Source: Candidatus Poribacteria bacterium
Lineage (GTDB): Bacteria; Poribacteria; WGA-4E; PCPOR2b
DNA length: 64,000 nt
Assembly: GCA_965218095.1 (NCBI GenBank)
Contig: OZ244587.1
Span: 2,400,001-2,464,000 of the forward strand
Reading direction: 5' to 3'
The stretch's first letter is position 1, and every line of letters begins with the position of its first letter. The translations under genes were made by a program, and so were the position numbers. Of this stretch, positions 40,990 through 49,914 are shown piece after piece. Below the pieces are notes generated by a model that saw only the letters and a program-made list of their open reading frames with translations, did not search any database and was not told where the DNA came from.

Positions 40990-41257
40990 TATATCTTCCT
41001 AAAACATATGTGACGGGTTGGGTAATGATATTGCCTTTTACGACGCCCCCTGAATTGTTATCTAGCCCAATGCCACCTCCATTCTTGCGAATCTCATTTC
41101 CTTCGATGGTCGCATCCGATGCGCTCAAATCAATGCCCGCTCCGTCATTTTTCGTGATTATGTTCTTCTTGTGGATGATCAGATTTGACGAACTGCCCTC
41201 AATGCCATTATCGCCATTTCCAGAAAGTGCCTGGCTACTTTTTCGTACGTTCTTCAA
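40979..41257 (-). pseudogene. Fragment of a right-handed beta-helix repeat protein
   Basis: N/G/I repeats (GNGDNGI, NIITKNDGAGI, GNEIRKNGGGI) with no plausible full-length protein. Confidence 0.45.
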
Positions 41258-41979
41258 CTCAGCGCCTTGAGCGCAACATCCAGTGCTGTCAGATGAGCCG
41301 CTGTCCGTTGCTCAAGGGGCCAACTTGTTGGCGTCTCACAAATCATGACATGATCAGAATGGAAGTGGTACAAATAAGCGACCAGCCCTGCATCACCCCA
41401 GGCAGGATCTACCTGAAAAACGCCATCAGCAATGGGCAGATCGTTTTCTCCCGCCTCACCATCAATCTGACCAATCTCTTCGATTGCACGAGTGACTTTG
41501 GGCCCAATCCACCCCTCATCGCGTTGACCTTCGTAAAGGTAAACGCCTATTGCTTCCCAATCTTCATGGAAGTCGATGCAGAAATCAAAACGCTGTCCTT
41601 CAATCGTTTCTTTGATAATGTCTACCTCAGCAACGCCTGTTTCTTCAAATGAGCGATTCAGATCTAAACCCCGCTTGTTCTCCCTCGTGTTATGCACATA
41701 ACCGTAAGGATTAATACACGGTAAAATCAGGAATCTGAAACGTTGCAGCAAATCTGTGTTATCCCGCTCCAAGAAACGCAAAACCAACGTCGGCCCAGCG
41801 GGCTCGTCGCCGTGAATCCCCCCGGTGATCAGGATGTTTTTGCGCACATCTAGACCGTCCTCCAGCAAAGCACGATAGATGGGATAGTCGTCCACAACAC
41901 CTGCGGTTTCTATCCGCATACAGGGCGACTTTAGGGATTTCAACCGTTCTGTGAAGCGAGTATAATCTTGACCACTCAC
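41254..41979 (-). CDS. M14 family metallopeptidase (paralogue of 19438-20199)
   Basis: GGIHGDE, PCINPYGYVH, DLNR, DFHED and ETP motifs. Confidence 0.85.
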   Translation of the reverse strand: MSGQDYTRFTERLKSLKSPCMRIETAGVVDDYPIYRALLEDGLDVRKNILITGGIHGDEPAGPTLVLRFLERDNTDLLQRFRFLILPCINPYGYVHNTRENKRGLDLNRSFEETGVAEVDIIKETIEGQRFDFCIDFHEDWEAIGVYLYEGQRDEGWIGPKVTRAIEEIGQIDGEAGENDLPIADGVFQVDPAWGDAGLVAYLYHFHSDHVMICETPTSWPLEQRTAAHLTALDVALKALS

Positions 41980-42055
41980 TTTCCGTGCCCCCTTCTTGTA
42001 ACTGCGTAATCGTTCAGGCCCAGGACGAAGAAGGATCCATGCCCCCCTGAACTCT

Positions 42056-42256
42056 TATACCAATTCTGATAAAGAGTCACGCATTGTTGAAACGAGGGAG
42101 CGAGCGGGCAAGCAGAAGAAGAAAATGAGCAAGTGAGAGCGTCAAGCTGTCGCTTCTCACTTGCTCACCTGCTCATTGTCTCTTCTTCCCTCACTTTCTC
42201 ATTGTCTCTGCGCTTTCTGTCCGAATCGTGCGACAAAATTATTCAGAAACGGTATT
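42056..42256. mobile_element. MITE-like element with WATACC..TTCTGA termini
   Basis: TATACCAATTCTGATAA...GTCACGCA versus TGCGAC...TTATTCAGAAACGGTATT, plus internal inverted octamer repeats. Confidence 0.6.
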
Positions 42257-42264
42257 ACTAACGG

Positions 42265-43074
42265 CTAAAGTTCCTGGGTTTTAATCCACTCCGCGAAATC
42301 TGCGTTGATCTCCTCCGACCAACCCCCATCGATTTCACCGGGCGTATACTTCCCTTCCTGCAAGCGTTGATGCCCAAAGCGGTCACGCATGCGGATCTCC
42401 TCGGAGCGTTCAACGACCTCCTGCGCTAGGTGCGGCGGGATGAAAATGACCCCCTCGCGTCTGCCGAGCACGATATCTCCCGGAAGGACTGTCGTCTCGC
42501 CGATGCGGACAGGAATATTGATTCCCGTCAAAGTAACATCGGCGATGGCGGTGGGGTCAACCCCGCGTACAAAAGTTGCAAAATTCGGCAGCCTATAAAT
42601 GCCGTCGAGGTCACGGATGCCTCCGTCAATTACCATACCAGTTCTGCTGCGTGCAAAAATCGCATTGCCGAGGTTGTCGCCCGCGAAAGTGCCGTTCTTC
42701 ACCTTGCCAAACAGGTCGACAACGATGGTGTCATTTTCGACAAGGGTATCAATCACCCACGAGTTTTGTCCGCCGATGCGTTCATCTTTCTGCCCCTGTT
42801 CCGCGACGACGTTTTGTAAGTCTGGTCGTAGCGGAACAAACATGCACGTCACCGCCCTTCCGACCAAAACACGGTCTGGATGCAGGTTCACCCAATCCCC
42901 GACAAACTGAAAACGGTAGCCGCGCCCTTGAAGTACACCCCACGCCTCCTCGATCGTCACCTTTTTCATCCGTTCAAGAATGTCGTTCCACACGCGAGGT
43001 CTACCATCGGGAAAACGTTCGCCTTTCCATTCTTTGGTGATTTCGAGGATACTTTCTTTGTTGATGAGTTTCAC
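42265..43074 (-). CDS. RraA/HMG aldolase family protein
   Basis: GRAVT, GDNL, VIDGGIRD and PGDIV...EGVIFIP motifs. Confidence 0.88.
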   Translation of the reverse strand: MKLINKESILEITKEWKGERFPDGRPRVWNDILERMKKVTIEEAWGVLQGRGYRFQFVGDWVNLHPDRVLVGRAVTCMFVPLRPDLQNVVAEQGQKDERIGGQNSWVIDTLVENDTIVVDLFGKVKNGTFAGDNLGNAIFARSRTGMVIDGGIRDLDGIYRLPNFATFVRGVDPTAIADVTLTGINIPVRIGETTVLPGDIVLGRREGVIFIPPHLAQEVVERSEEIRMRDRFGHQRLQEGKYTPGEIDGGWSEEINADFAEWIKTQEL

Positions 43075-43121
43075 GATTTCATTGTCCTTCCACGCTGAAT
43101 GAAGATGGATGCGTTTCCTCT

Positions 43122-43979
43122 TTACTCAAGCCCTGCCTGTTTCCAAACTTTATCCAGCGATTCAGCGGCGGAGTTTGCGGCGTCTCGCGGTTCCATCGCG
43201 TTGACCTTCGCGCTGAAGGGCTCGGCCGTCACAGGACCGTCGTAGCCGATGTCGTTGAGAATTTGCATCAATTCGGCGAGTGGAATCACACCCGTCTCGG
43301 CAGGGAGGCAGCGCACGTTGTCGATCTGATCATCGGGGTCAATGCCCGTAGGAGCGTCGTTGATGTGGACATATACGACGTCCGCTTTGGAGAGTTTTCT
43401 GACGTCATCCAGCGTAGCGCGGCAGGTGTACCAGTGCCACATATCGAATAGCAGTCCGACGTTGCCCGTGCCGATTGCGGCGGCAAGGCCGAGCACGGCG
43501 TCCATCGTGTAAGTAAAAAGATACTTGGCCGATTTGCGGCTCGTCGCCGGACCGATAAACTCAAAGCCGAGCGAATGCCCATAATTCTTCAAGACCTCCG
43601 CAACGGGACGCAGCCGTTTGATGTGGAAATCCCAGTTCTCTTGGAAGGGGCGCTCATCCGAGCAGGGCGACACGACGGTCGTCGTGCGATGGCAGCCGAG
43701 GTCTGTGGCGAGTTTCGCCAGGTCGGGCAGCCGTGAGAGGCTTTCGTCGTACTCCGCGTCGCTGCCGCGATAGTTGACCGGCAGCCCCCAACCGCCCATC
43801 TTCAAGCCCGCCTCCGCCCAGAGATTTTTGACGTAATCAACGGAGTGTTCACCTGCCAGTGTATTCGCTTCGCCAATGTTAAGGTCTAGCCCCCCGAAGC
43901 CCGCCGACTTTGCCAATGCTAGCCCTTCCTCTATATTCGTCTGAATGGCGATGGCGCCAGGACTCAGGTTTTTGAACAT
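43122..43979 (-). CDS. Sugar phosphate isomerase/epimerase (TIM barrel)
   Basis: FEF, DMWH, VHIND and GYDGPVTAEPF motifs. Confidence 0.88.
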   Translation of the reverse strand: MFKNLSPGAIAIQTNIEEGLALAKSAGFGGLDLNIGEANTLAGEHSVDYVKNLWAEAGLKMGGWGLPVNYRGSDAEYDESLSRLPDLAKLATDLGCHRTTTVVSPCSDERPFQENWDFHIKRLRPVAEVLKNYGHSLGFEFIGPATSRKSAKYLFTYTMDAVLGLAAAIGTGNVGLLFDMWHWYTCRATLDDVRKLSKADVVYVHINDAPTGIDPDDQIDNVRCLPAETGVIPLAELMQILNDIGYDGPVTAEPFSAKVNAMEPRDAANSAAESLDKVWKQAGLE

Positions 43980-44045
43980 GATCTATCCTCCTCTATCAAA
44001 GCAACGTTAATTTTCATATCCATCCTTTGTCGGTTGCGATTTCGG

Positions 44046-44430
44046 CTAATACCGTATCAAGTGACGGGGCGGCAGCCTCCATGACATTCTCCCCTCCAAG
44101 GTGCTTATGTTCAAGCGAAGGCAGCGGTAGTTTGTGACGTGCATCTGCTCGCCATCCGCCCCCCGTGATTCGCTGTGCATCCAGTATGCCAACCCCTCCA
44201 ACCGGCGGCGCACCTCTGTATCGCGGATGAGTTCGCTGCGTCTATCGGTCAGGGCGGGCCGGTTGTGCTCCCGCTGCCAAGTATAGAGCAGGGCTTCCGT
44301 GCATTTATCGTAGAACTTAATTCGCTCATTCGGGAGCTCCGCGCTCCCTGGTGTCCGCCACCTCGTCCAACCCGTCGAACAGGACGATACACCATCCCGC
44401 CTCCAGATACGGCTGGAAGTAATCATCCGG
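44046..44430 (-). pseudogene. Remnant of a NACHT-domain NTPase
   Basis: One frame reads YLEAGWCIVLFDGLDEVAD (Walker B). A second frame reads ELPNERIKFYDKCTEALLYTW...LEGLAYWMH. The intervening region is deleted. Confidence 0.7.
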
Positions 44431-44490
44431 CAGATCTAAGTGTGAAACAACGAAGCATCTCATCGCGATTTGCTCCGCTGTTTCACAGAT

Positions 44491-45354
44491 TCATTGAGTT
44501 TTCCTCTGAGCAAAGATGGGGCTCTCCAGAAGCGTTTGAACTTCGTAGATTGACCCCTTGCGCTCGGCCTGGGGTTGGGGAATGCGAATGGGAGCGGGGA
44601 CGACACGTGGCTGATTCGTTGGTTCGCCACGCAGGACAAGGGTTTTGAAAGTATTCCAATCGGCGCCGGACAACGGCCACGCATCAACGGCGTAGTACTG
44701 ATAGAGCAGTAGACGGCGGGGTTTGTTGGAAGTGTTAGGCGCGGAGCCGTGCAGCGTGCGGACATGATGGATCGAGATGCCACCGGCCTTGACTTCGACG
44801 GGGACAGCGTTATCCGGATTGAAATTAGGATCTGTGACTGCACCGACGAAAACACCGTTCTGGTGATGGTCATAGATTGGACCTTTATGGGAGCCAGGAA
44901 CGACCATCAAACAGCCGTTTTCGATCGACATATCATCAATCACCACGCCAACTGCCAGCAGATCGTCGTTTGTGTAGGGATAGAACGCCCAATCCTGATG
45001 CCATTCGACGGGACTGCCGAACTCAGGATATTTCATGTTGAGTTTGTTGCCATTATAGCTGACGCCAGGCCCAATCAATTGCTCGACGATGTCGAGAATG
45101 CGGTCGTGACGTAACGCCTGGTCATAGACAATATGATTCGATGCGGGGTTTTTGATCCGACGCACACGCGGGGCTTCGGAGGTATGCCCCGGTTCGAGGT
45201 CGAAAACATCGGTGTGTTCGGCGACCTCGCGGGATTTCTCGACAAATTCATCCGTGACACGACGCAGATCAGCAACCTCTGCCGCCGAAAGCACATTTTC
45301 GACGCCGAGGTAGCCGTTTTCATGGTAAAAGTTGATTTGTTGCTGTGTTAGCAT
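44491..45354 (-). CDS. Phytanoyl-CoA dioxygenase (PhyH) family protein
   Basis: FYHENGYL, WHQD, NGCLMVVPGSHK and HGSAPNTS motifs. Confidence 0.92.
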   Translation of the reverse strand: MLTQQQINFYHENGYLGVENVLSAAEVADLRRVTDEFVEKSREVAEHTDVFDLEPGHTSEAPRVRRIKNPASNHIVYDQALRHDRILDIVEQLIGPGVSYNGNKLNMKYPEFGSPVEWHQDWAFYPYTNDDLLAVGVVIDDMSIENGCLMVVPGSHKGPIYDHHQNGVFVGAVTDPNFNPDNAVPVEVKAGGISIHHVRTLHGSAPNTSNKPRRLLLYQYYAVDAWPLSGADWNTFKTLVLRGEPTNQPRVVPAPIRIPQPQAERKGSIYEVQTLLESPIFAQRKTQ

Positions 45355-45385
45355 GTGTAACTCCTTTCAGAAAATGTAAAGGTTT

Positions 45386-45772
45386 TCAACTCATCTCAAT
45401 TTCAGAAATACTGCTGGCGATGGCAGCCTTCTCAAGAAGGGCGTCAAGGCGGGAAAGGCTGCGAATGGTCTTCACCTGCTTTACAACAGATTCGGGAATG
45501 TCACCAAATCTGATTTGCATGATTTTGAGGACATCTGCTCGTTTTGCCTTGAGTGCTCCACATTTCTCGCCTTGCTCAACGAAATATTCAGCAATTGTTT
45601 GTGCCATCTCTTCACCCTCCTTTCCTGCTTTTCTCTCTTTGATGCCTTGAGAGATAATTTCCATCTGGTGGTCGCCTGTGATAGATCAACAACACAAGAT
45701 AATACATCGCTTGCGTCCACTGATAGACCTCTTCCTCCGGTAAATTCAATAATCTTTCGACAACACGTTTTA
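45386..45772 (-). pseudogene. C-terminal remnant of an Rpn/YhgA-like protein next to IS5
   Basis: MAQTIAEYFVEQG...RFGDIPESV...L..LLE.A tail. Frameshifted, and the upstream part is lost at the IS. Confidence 0.6.
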
Positions 45773-46591
45773 GGTTCTGTTGACATTTCAAGGGAGCCAT
45801 ATAAGAGTGGAGACAAAGCTGAGAAATCCAAAATAACGAATAGCTAACTTCTCAAACCGAGAGAAGATGCGGCGATACCATTTTATCTTGTTAATGAAAC
45901 ACTCAACCCGATGTCTCTCTTTGTACAGATGTTTGTCGTAATCTCTTTGATCCACACGATGACTTTTGGGCGGTATCACCGCAATCGCTCCATTCGCCTC
46001 AATAACCGCGATAAAATTGTCGGAGTCATATCCCTTGTCTCCAATCACATACTCGCTTTTATATCCAAGTATCAACGCTTCTGCTTCCGCTATGTCGTTT
46101 CTTTGACCGGGCGTCAGATGTATTCTTAGTGGATTACCCAGGCCGTCAACGGTGATGTGAATTTTTGTACTGAATCCCCCGCGAGAGCAGCCTAACGCTT
46201 GGTTTTCAGTGCCACCTTTTTTTTTCGGCACCCGCCGCACACGGGTGCGCTCGAATGATTGTACTGTCCACAATAAGCGACTCGATATCGGGGTCGGCGG
46301 CGAAGTGGTGGTGGATCTGTGTGAAGCCCCCTTTGTCGCACCACCGAGCAAAACGCTTATAGAGGGTGTTCGATTTACCATAGGTGTCTGGCAGAATCCG
46401 CCATTGAGCACCGCTACGGGTCGCCCAGAGAACAGTTTCGATAAAGCGGCGTGTTATCGCTTCGTTGCCAACATAGATGGTGGGACAAGTTAGAAGAAAC
46501 GAGTATATCTTATTCCATTGGTCATCGGGTAAGGTTATTGGCATCATTCTTCTATTATGCCACAACCTTATACTCAAATGTCAACAGAACC
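45773..46591 (-). mobile_element. IS5 family (IS427-like) element, 819 bp
   Basis: Perfect TIRs GGTTCTGTTGACATTT / AAATGTCAACAGAACC with TA on both flanks. Confidence 0.93.
45788..46547 (-). CDS. IS5 transposase, OrfA/OrfB joined by a programmed -1 frameshift
   Basis: OrfA SGAQWR.LP..YG...T.Y.RF.RW, DSTIIRAH.CAAGA. A9 run at 46217-46225. OrfB SRGGFSTKIH, GDKGYD, YKERHRVE. Confidence 0.9.
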
Positions 46592-46766
46592 TAGTACTTG
46601 AGTCGATGTTCCCGCCTGCCGCCAATCACAGCCACCTCGAAATCGTTCCCTGCAACGAGGTCCGGGAGGTGCATCCGACAAACGATGCCCCCTAATCTAA
46701 TCTTCTCCATATCCTCTCCCATTTGATTAAGTGTACTGCCCACCGCCAGAAACTGCGCTTTTCGGC

Positions 46767-46830
46767 TGTCACTCTGAGGCTTTGCGAAGAATCTCGGCGT
46801 AAGAGATCCTTCACTTCGTTCAGGAGGACA
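46767..46830. repeat. REP-like palindrome TGTCACTCTGAG...GAATCTC...GAGATCC...TCAGGAGGACA
   Basis: Inverted arms are visible; it resembles the widespread GTCATTCTGAGC...GAATGAC repeat type. Confidence 0.6.
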
Positions 46831-46990
46831 GATGCCACCAAAAATGCATTTGATACGGCGTTGAGTATAACAGCATCTCCCACCAATAGTTTACCAGAAT
46901 TTTGCGTTTTCCTCAACACTTTTTCTTCTTCTAAAAACTCTAATTACCCAGATTGATCCTGCCGGAGTAGACGCAATTTGCAAATTCTTC

Positions 46991-47019
46991 TTGACAACCA
47001 ACTCAATCTACGTCAAAAT
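46991..47019 (+). promoter_or_regulatory. Sigma70-type promoter
   Basis: TTGACA-17 bp-CAAAAT. Confidence 0.55.
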
Positions 47020-47026
47020 ATTCACA

Positions 47027-47250
47027 TTTCAGGGTGTGCTGCACCATTTATACGCAGTTGAAACCGACACACCTGAGACAGTTGCAAACTCGCGTCGGCC
47101 CACCTGTGAGGCGGGATTGCCTATGTCGAGAACCAAAAGGATCTGATTGATTGCTATCGTGAGAACTTCATCTACATGCAGGGCGGGGGTGGTCTGGCGT
47201 GACCCCAAATTCATCTAACCTGGTAGCTGTCGGCAATTGAGTGGGATGAC
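47027..47250 (+). ncRNA. Candidate structured RNA or 5' leader with a possible pseudoknot (unassigned)
   Basis: Begins at the predicted transcription start. Nested helices with + strand G-U pairs and loop/3'-end complementarity. Confidence 0.4.
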
Positions 47251-47256
47251 TTAAAC

Positions 47257-47285
47257 TGTAGAGACCTGCATACAACGTCTCTACA
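47257..47285. repeat. GTAG-type REP palindrome TGTAGAGACCTGCATACAACGTCTCTACA
   Basis: 9-bp inverted arms starting with GTAG. Confidence 0.7.
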
Positions 47286-47324
47286 ATCTCTCTATGTTTC
47301 AATTCCACAGTATGAGTTTCACCT

Positions 47325-47798
47325 ATGGCTCTTATTCTAAAACAACCGGATAGGGACTCAATCATTCTGAAACGCAGTCTTGCCGCGCGACTCTCTGGCC
47401 TGATTTGGCTTGCCGGGGCGGGGAGTATTATGTTCATGTTCAATGGGGACAACCGGATATGGATTGTTTTGCCCTGTTTCCTCATTGGTATACACCTCTT
47501 AACTTATTCCCCGCGGATTAAAATTCGGCTTCTGGAGCGCGATATCCTGTGGCAACGCCGCATCTTGCTCCTCTTTGCCCAGGAACGACCATTGCCATTT
47601 GCCGGGATTCGCTCCGTGAGGATTGGGGCTCATGGCAGATTCTTTAAGGTGTGGCGCCTTTATTTTTTTCTTGTGGATGCTTCAAGGCTCTCGATTACCC
47701 ACTCCTATTTGTTAGACCGGATCGAAGCGCAGGGAGATGAATTGGCATGGGCCATCGGAAAGCCGCTTGTATATGAAGAGGGAAATCGCACAAGATAA
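47325..47798 (+). CDS. Hypothetical membrane protein (2 TM helices plus soluble domain)
   Basis: 157-aa ORF with a hydrophobic hairpin. Confidence 0.6.
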   Translation: MALILKQPDRDSIILKRSLAARLSGLIWLAGAGSIMFMFNGDNRIWIVLPCFLIGIHLLTYSPRIKIRLLERDILWQRRILLLFAQERPLPFAGIRSVRIGAHGRFFKVWRLYFFLVDASRLSITHSYLLDRIEAQGDELAWAIGKPLVYEEGNRTR

Positions 47799-47957
47799 AG
47801 AAAAGATAATGAAGGGATTCACAGATACCTATCGATTTTTCAGGATGCTCAATTTAGAAAAGGCACATGCCCGATTAGAGGAACAACAATCATCCAGCCC
47901 GAGTGGGTGATTGTGTAACGAGAAAGATTGGGATTTTACTGAAAAGGAGACACAACA

Positions 47958-48578
47958 ATGCCCGGAGCAACAACACTCTACTTTCCGGAGGTCGGTCCTG
48001 TTTGGGAAGATTGGGTACAGGTCACCAACGTTGGAAGTGAATCGATAAAAGTGTTAGCTATCGCAAGACATTCACGCACCGCCGATCCAGTGTGGTCTGA
48101 AGATAAGACGATTGATTCATTTGAATGCTGGACACCGAATGTAGAAGCAATAAAAGAGGAGTGTTCGATGCAGTTTAGCGCGGATGGGCCCATCGTCGCG
48201 GAACGGCACATGCACAAAGGGACAAACGTTCTGGATTTTGTCGGCGCCGCCATCGAATACGAAACGGTTGGTCAGTGTCTTTTCTTTCCAGAGCTGGTTT
48301 CTGGAGCGTGGGATTGGTTCCGTTTTTTGAACGTGGGGGAGACTGATGCCCTGATTAATATGATAATCCGAACTAGAAATGGGGACGTTATTAGACAACA
48401 TCAGCATACGATTCCTTCCCTATGCTGTTGGGATGTGGATGAGCAGGTCATGGGGAATGTGGTCGGAACCGTCGAGGTCCAGAGCACGCAGCCGATTGTG
48501 GGTGAACGGCACATGCACTATACGCACGCACACGCTGGAGTGGTTGTCGGTGAATATGGGGTTGTCATTGGGGAATGA
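47958..48578 (+). CDS. Hypothetical two-repeat beta protein (DUF5719-like)
   Basis: AAAGGAG RBS. Two copies of L.FPE....WD/EDW....NVG...PIV.ERHMH. Confidence 0.7.
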   Translation: MPGATTLYFPEVGPVWEDWVQVTNVGSESIKVLAIARHSRTADPVWSEDKTIDSFECWTPNVEAIKEECSMQFSADGPIVAERHMHKGTNVLDFVGAAIEYETVGQCLFFPELVSGAWDWFRFLNVGETDALINMIIRTRNGDVIRQHQHTIPSLCCWDVDEQVMGNVVGTVEVQSTQPIVGERHMHYTHAHAGVVVGEYGVVIGE

Positions 48579-48611
48579 TGAACAGCATACAACTAGAAAG
48601 GACAGATCTTC

Positions 48612-49787
48612 ATGGCGAGCGAACTCAAAGTAGGTTTGGTGGGCGTCCCACGCGGCTCGGGGTTCATCCGAGCCTTTCAGACAGTGAGTGAAACAGCCCT
48701 CGTCGCCATTTGCGATATTAATCCCGAAGTCTTAAATCGGGTGGGCGATCAACACGGGGTCAAGGCGCGATACACCGACTTTGAAAAGATGGCAAAGTCA
48801 GACCTCGACGTCATCCTTGTTTCTACACCGATGCCCTTGCATGTGCCGCAAGCTGTCATTGCGCTTGAGGAAGGGAAGCACGTTCTCTCCGAAGTCCCTG
48901 CGGCAACGGACCTTGAACAGTGTTGGTGCCTCGTCAATGCCGTCAAAAGCAGCGGGAAGAAGTACATGATGGCAGAGAATTATACCTACATGAAACCAAA
49001 TGTGCTTATCCGCGAGCTTGCCCGGCGCGGCTTGTTTGGTGAGGTTTATTTCGGCGAAGGTGCGTATATTCATGAGTTGAAAGCGCATAACGAAATCACT
49101 AAGTGGCGGCGAAAATGGCAGGCCGGACGTAACGGGTGCACGTATCCGACGCATAGCCTTGGTCCCGTGTTGCAGTGGTTCGAAGAGCGCGTCCTAACGG
49201 TTTCCTGTTTCGGTACGGGACATCATTATCGCGATCCACGCGGGGATTACTACGAGAACGAGGATAGCACGACGATGATGTGCAAGACGACCAACGGCGG
49301 ACTGATCGAAATCCGGGTTGATATGTTGTCCAACCGTCCGCACAATCTCACCTATTACAGTCTGCAAGGAACGCAGGGTTGCTACGAGGCCCCACGCGGT
49401 TTTGGGGATACTCCGAAGATCTGGTTGGCGGACTACGCGGATAAGATGGAGTGGCGTTCGTTGTGGGATTTCGAGGCAGAGTTTATGCCGGAGATGTGGC
49501 GCAATCCGCCGGAGGAAGCTCTGCGCGCCGGGCATGGCAGTGGGGACTATTTCGAGGTCCGGGAGTTCGTTGATTCGATTATCAAGGACACGAAGCCCCC
49601 AATCGATGTTTACGAAGCCCTTGACATGACGGCGCCGGGGTTGGTTTCGGAGGCGTCGATTAATCAGGGTGGAATTCCACTGCCTGTGCCGGATTTCCGG
49701 GAGATTCAGAAATTTCCGGACGATCTTCCCGAATCGTTGAGAAATAGCAAGATTATTTCGGTTCCGATAGAACCGCTAATTCCGTAG
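48612..49787 (+). CDS. Gfo/Idh/MocA family oxidoreductase
   Basis: HVLSEVPAA, MAENY, YPTHSLGP and GHGSGDY motifs. Confidence 0.9.
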   Translation: MASELKVGLVGVPRGSGFIRAFQTVSETALVAICDINPEVLNRVGDQHGVKARYTDFEKMAKSDLDVILVSTPMPLHVPQAVIALEEGKHVLSEVPAATDLEQCWCLVNAVKSSGKKYMMAENYTYMKPNVLIRELARRGLFGEVYFGEGAYIHELKAHNEITKWRRKWQAGRNGCTYPTHSLGPVLQWFEERVLTVSCFGTGHHYRDPRGDYYENEDSTTMMCKTTNGGLIEIRVDMLSNRPHNLTYYSLQGTQGCYEAPRGFGDTPKIWLADYADKMEWRSLWDFEAEFMPEMWRNPPEEALRAGHGSGDYFEVREFVDSIIKDTKPPIDVYEALDMTAPGLVSEASINQGGIPLPVPDFREIQKFPDDLPESLRNSKIISVPIEPLIP

Positions 49788-49793
49788 GAATCC

Positions 49794-49826
49794 AACCTTG
49801 CAAAGGTTTGAAACCTTCGCAAGGTT
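49794..49826. repeat. REP-like palindrome (copy of 25290-25322)
   Basis: AACCTTGCAAAGGTTTGAAACCTTCGCAAGGTT just after a stop codon. Confidence 0.75.
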
Positions 49827-49914
49827 CAAGCTATTTCCGCTTGACACTTCGCTTTTTTCGGTATATCGTAGCCGCTTACATATTATCCCGTACATTATGA
49901 TGAGGAGATGATTT

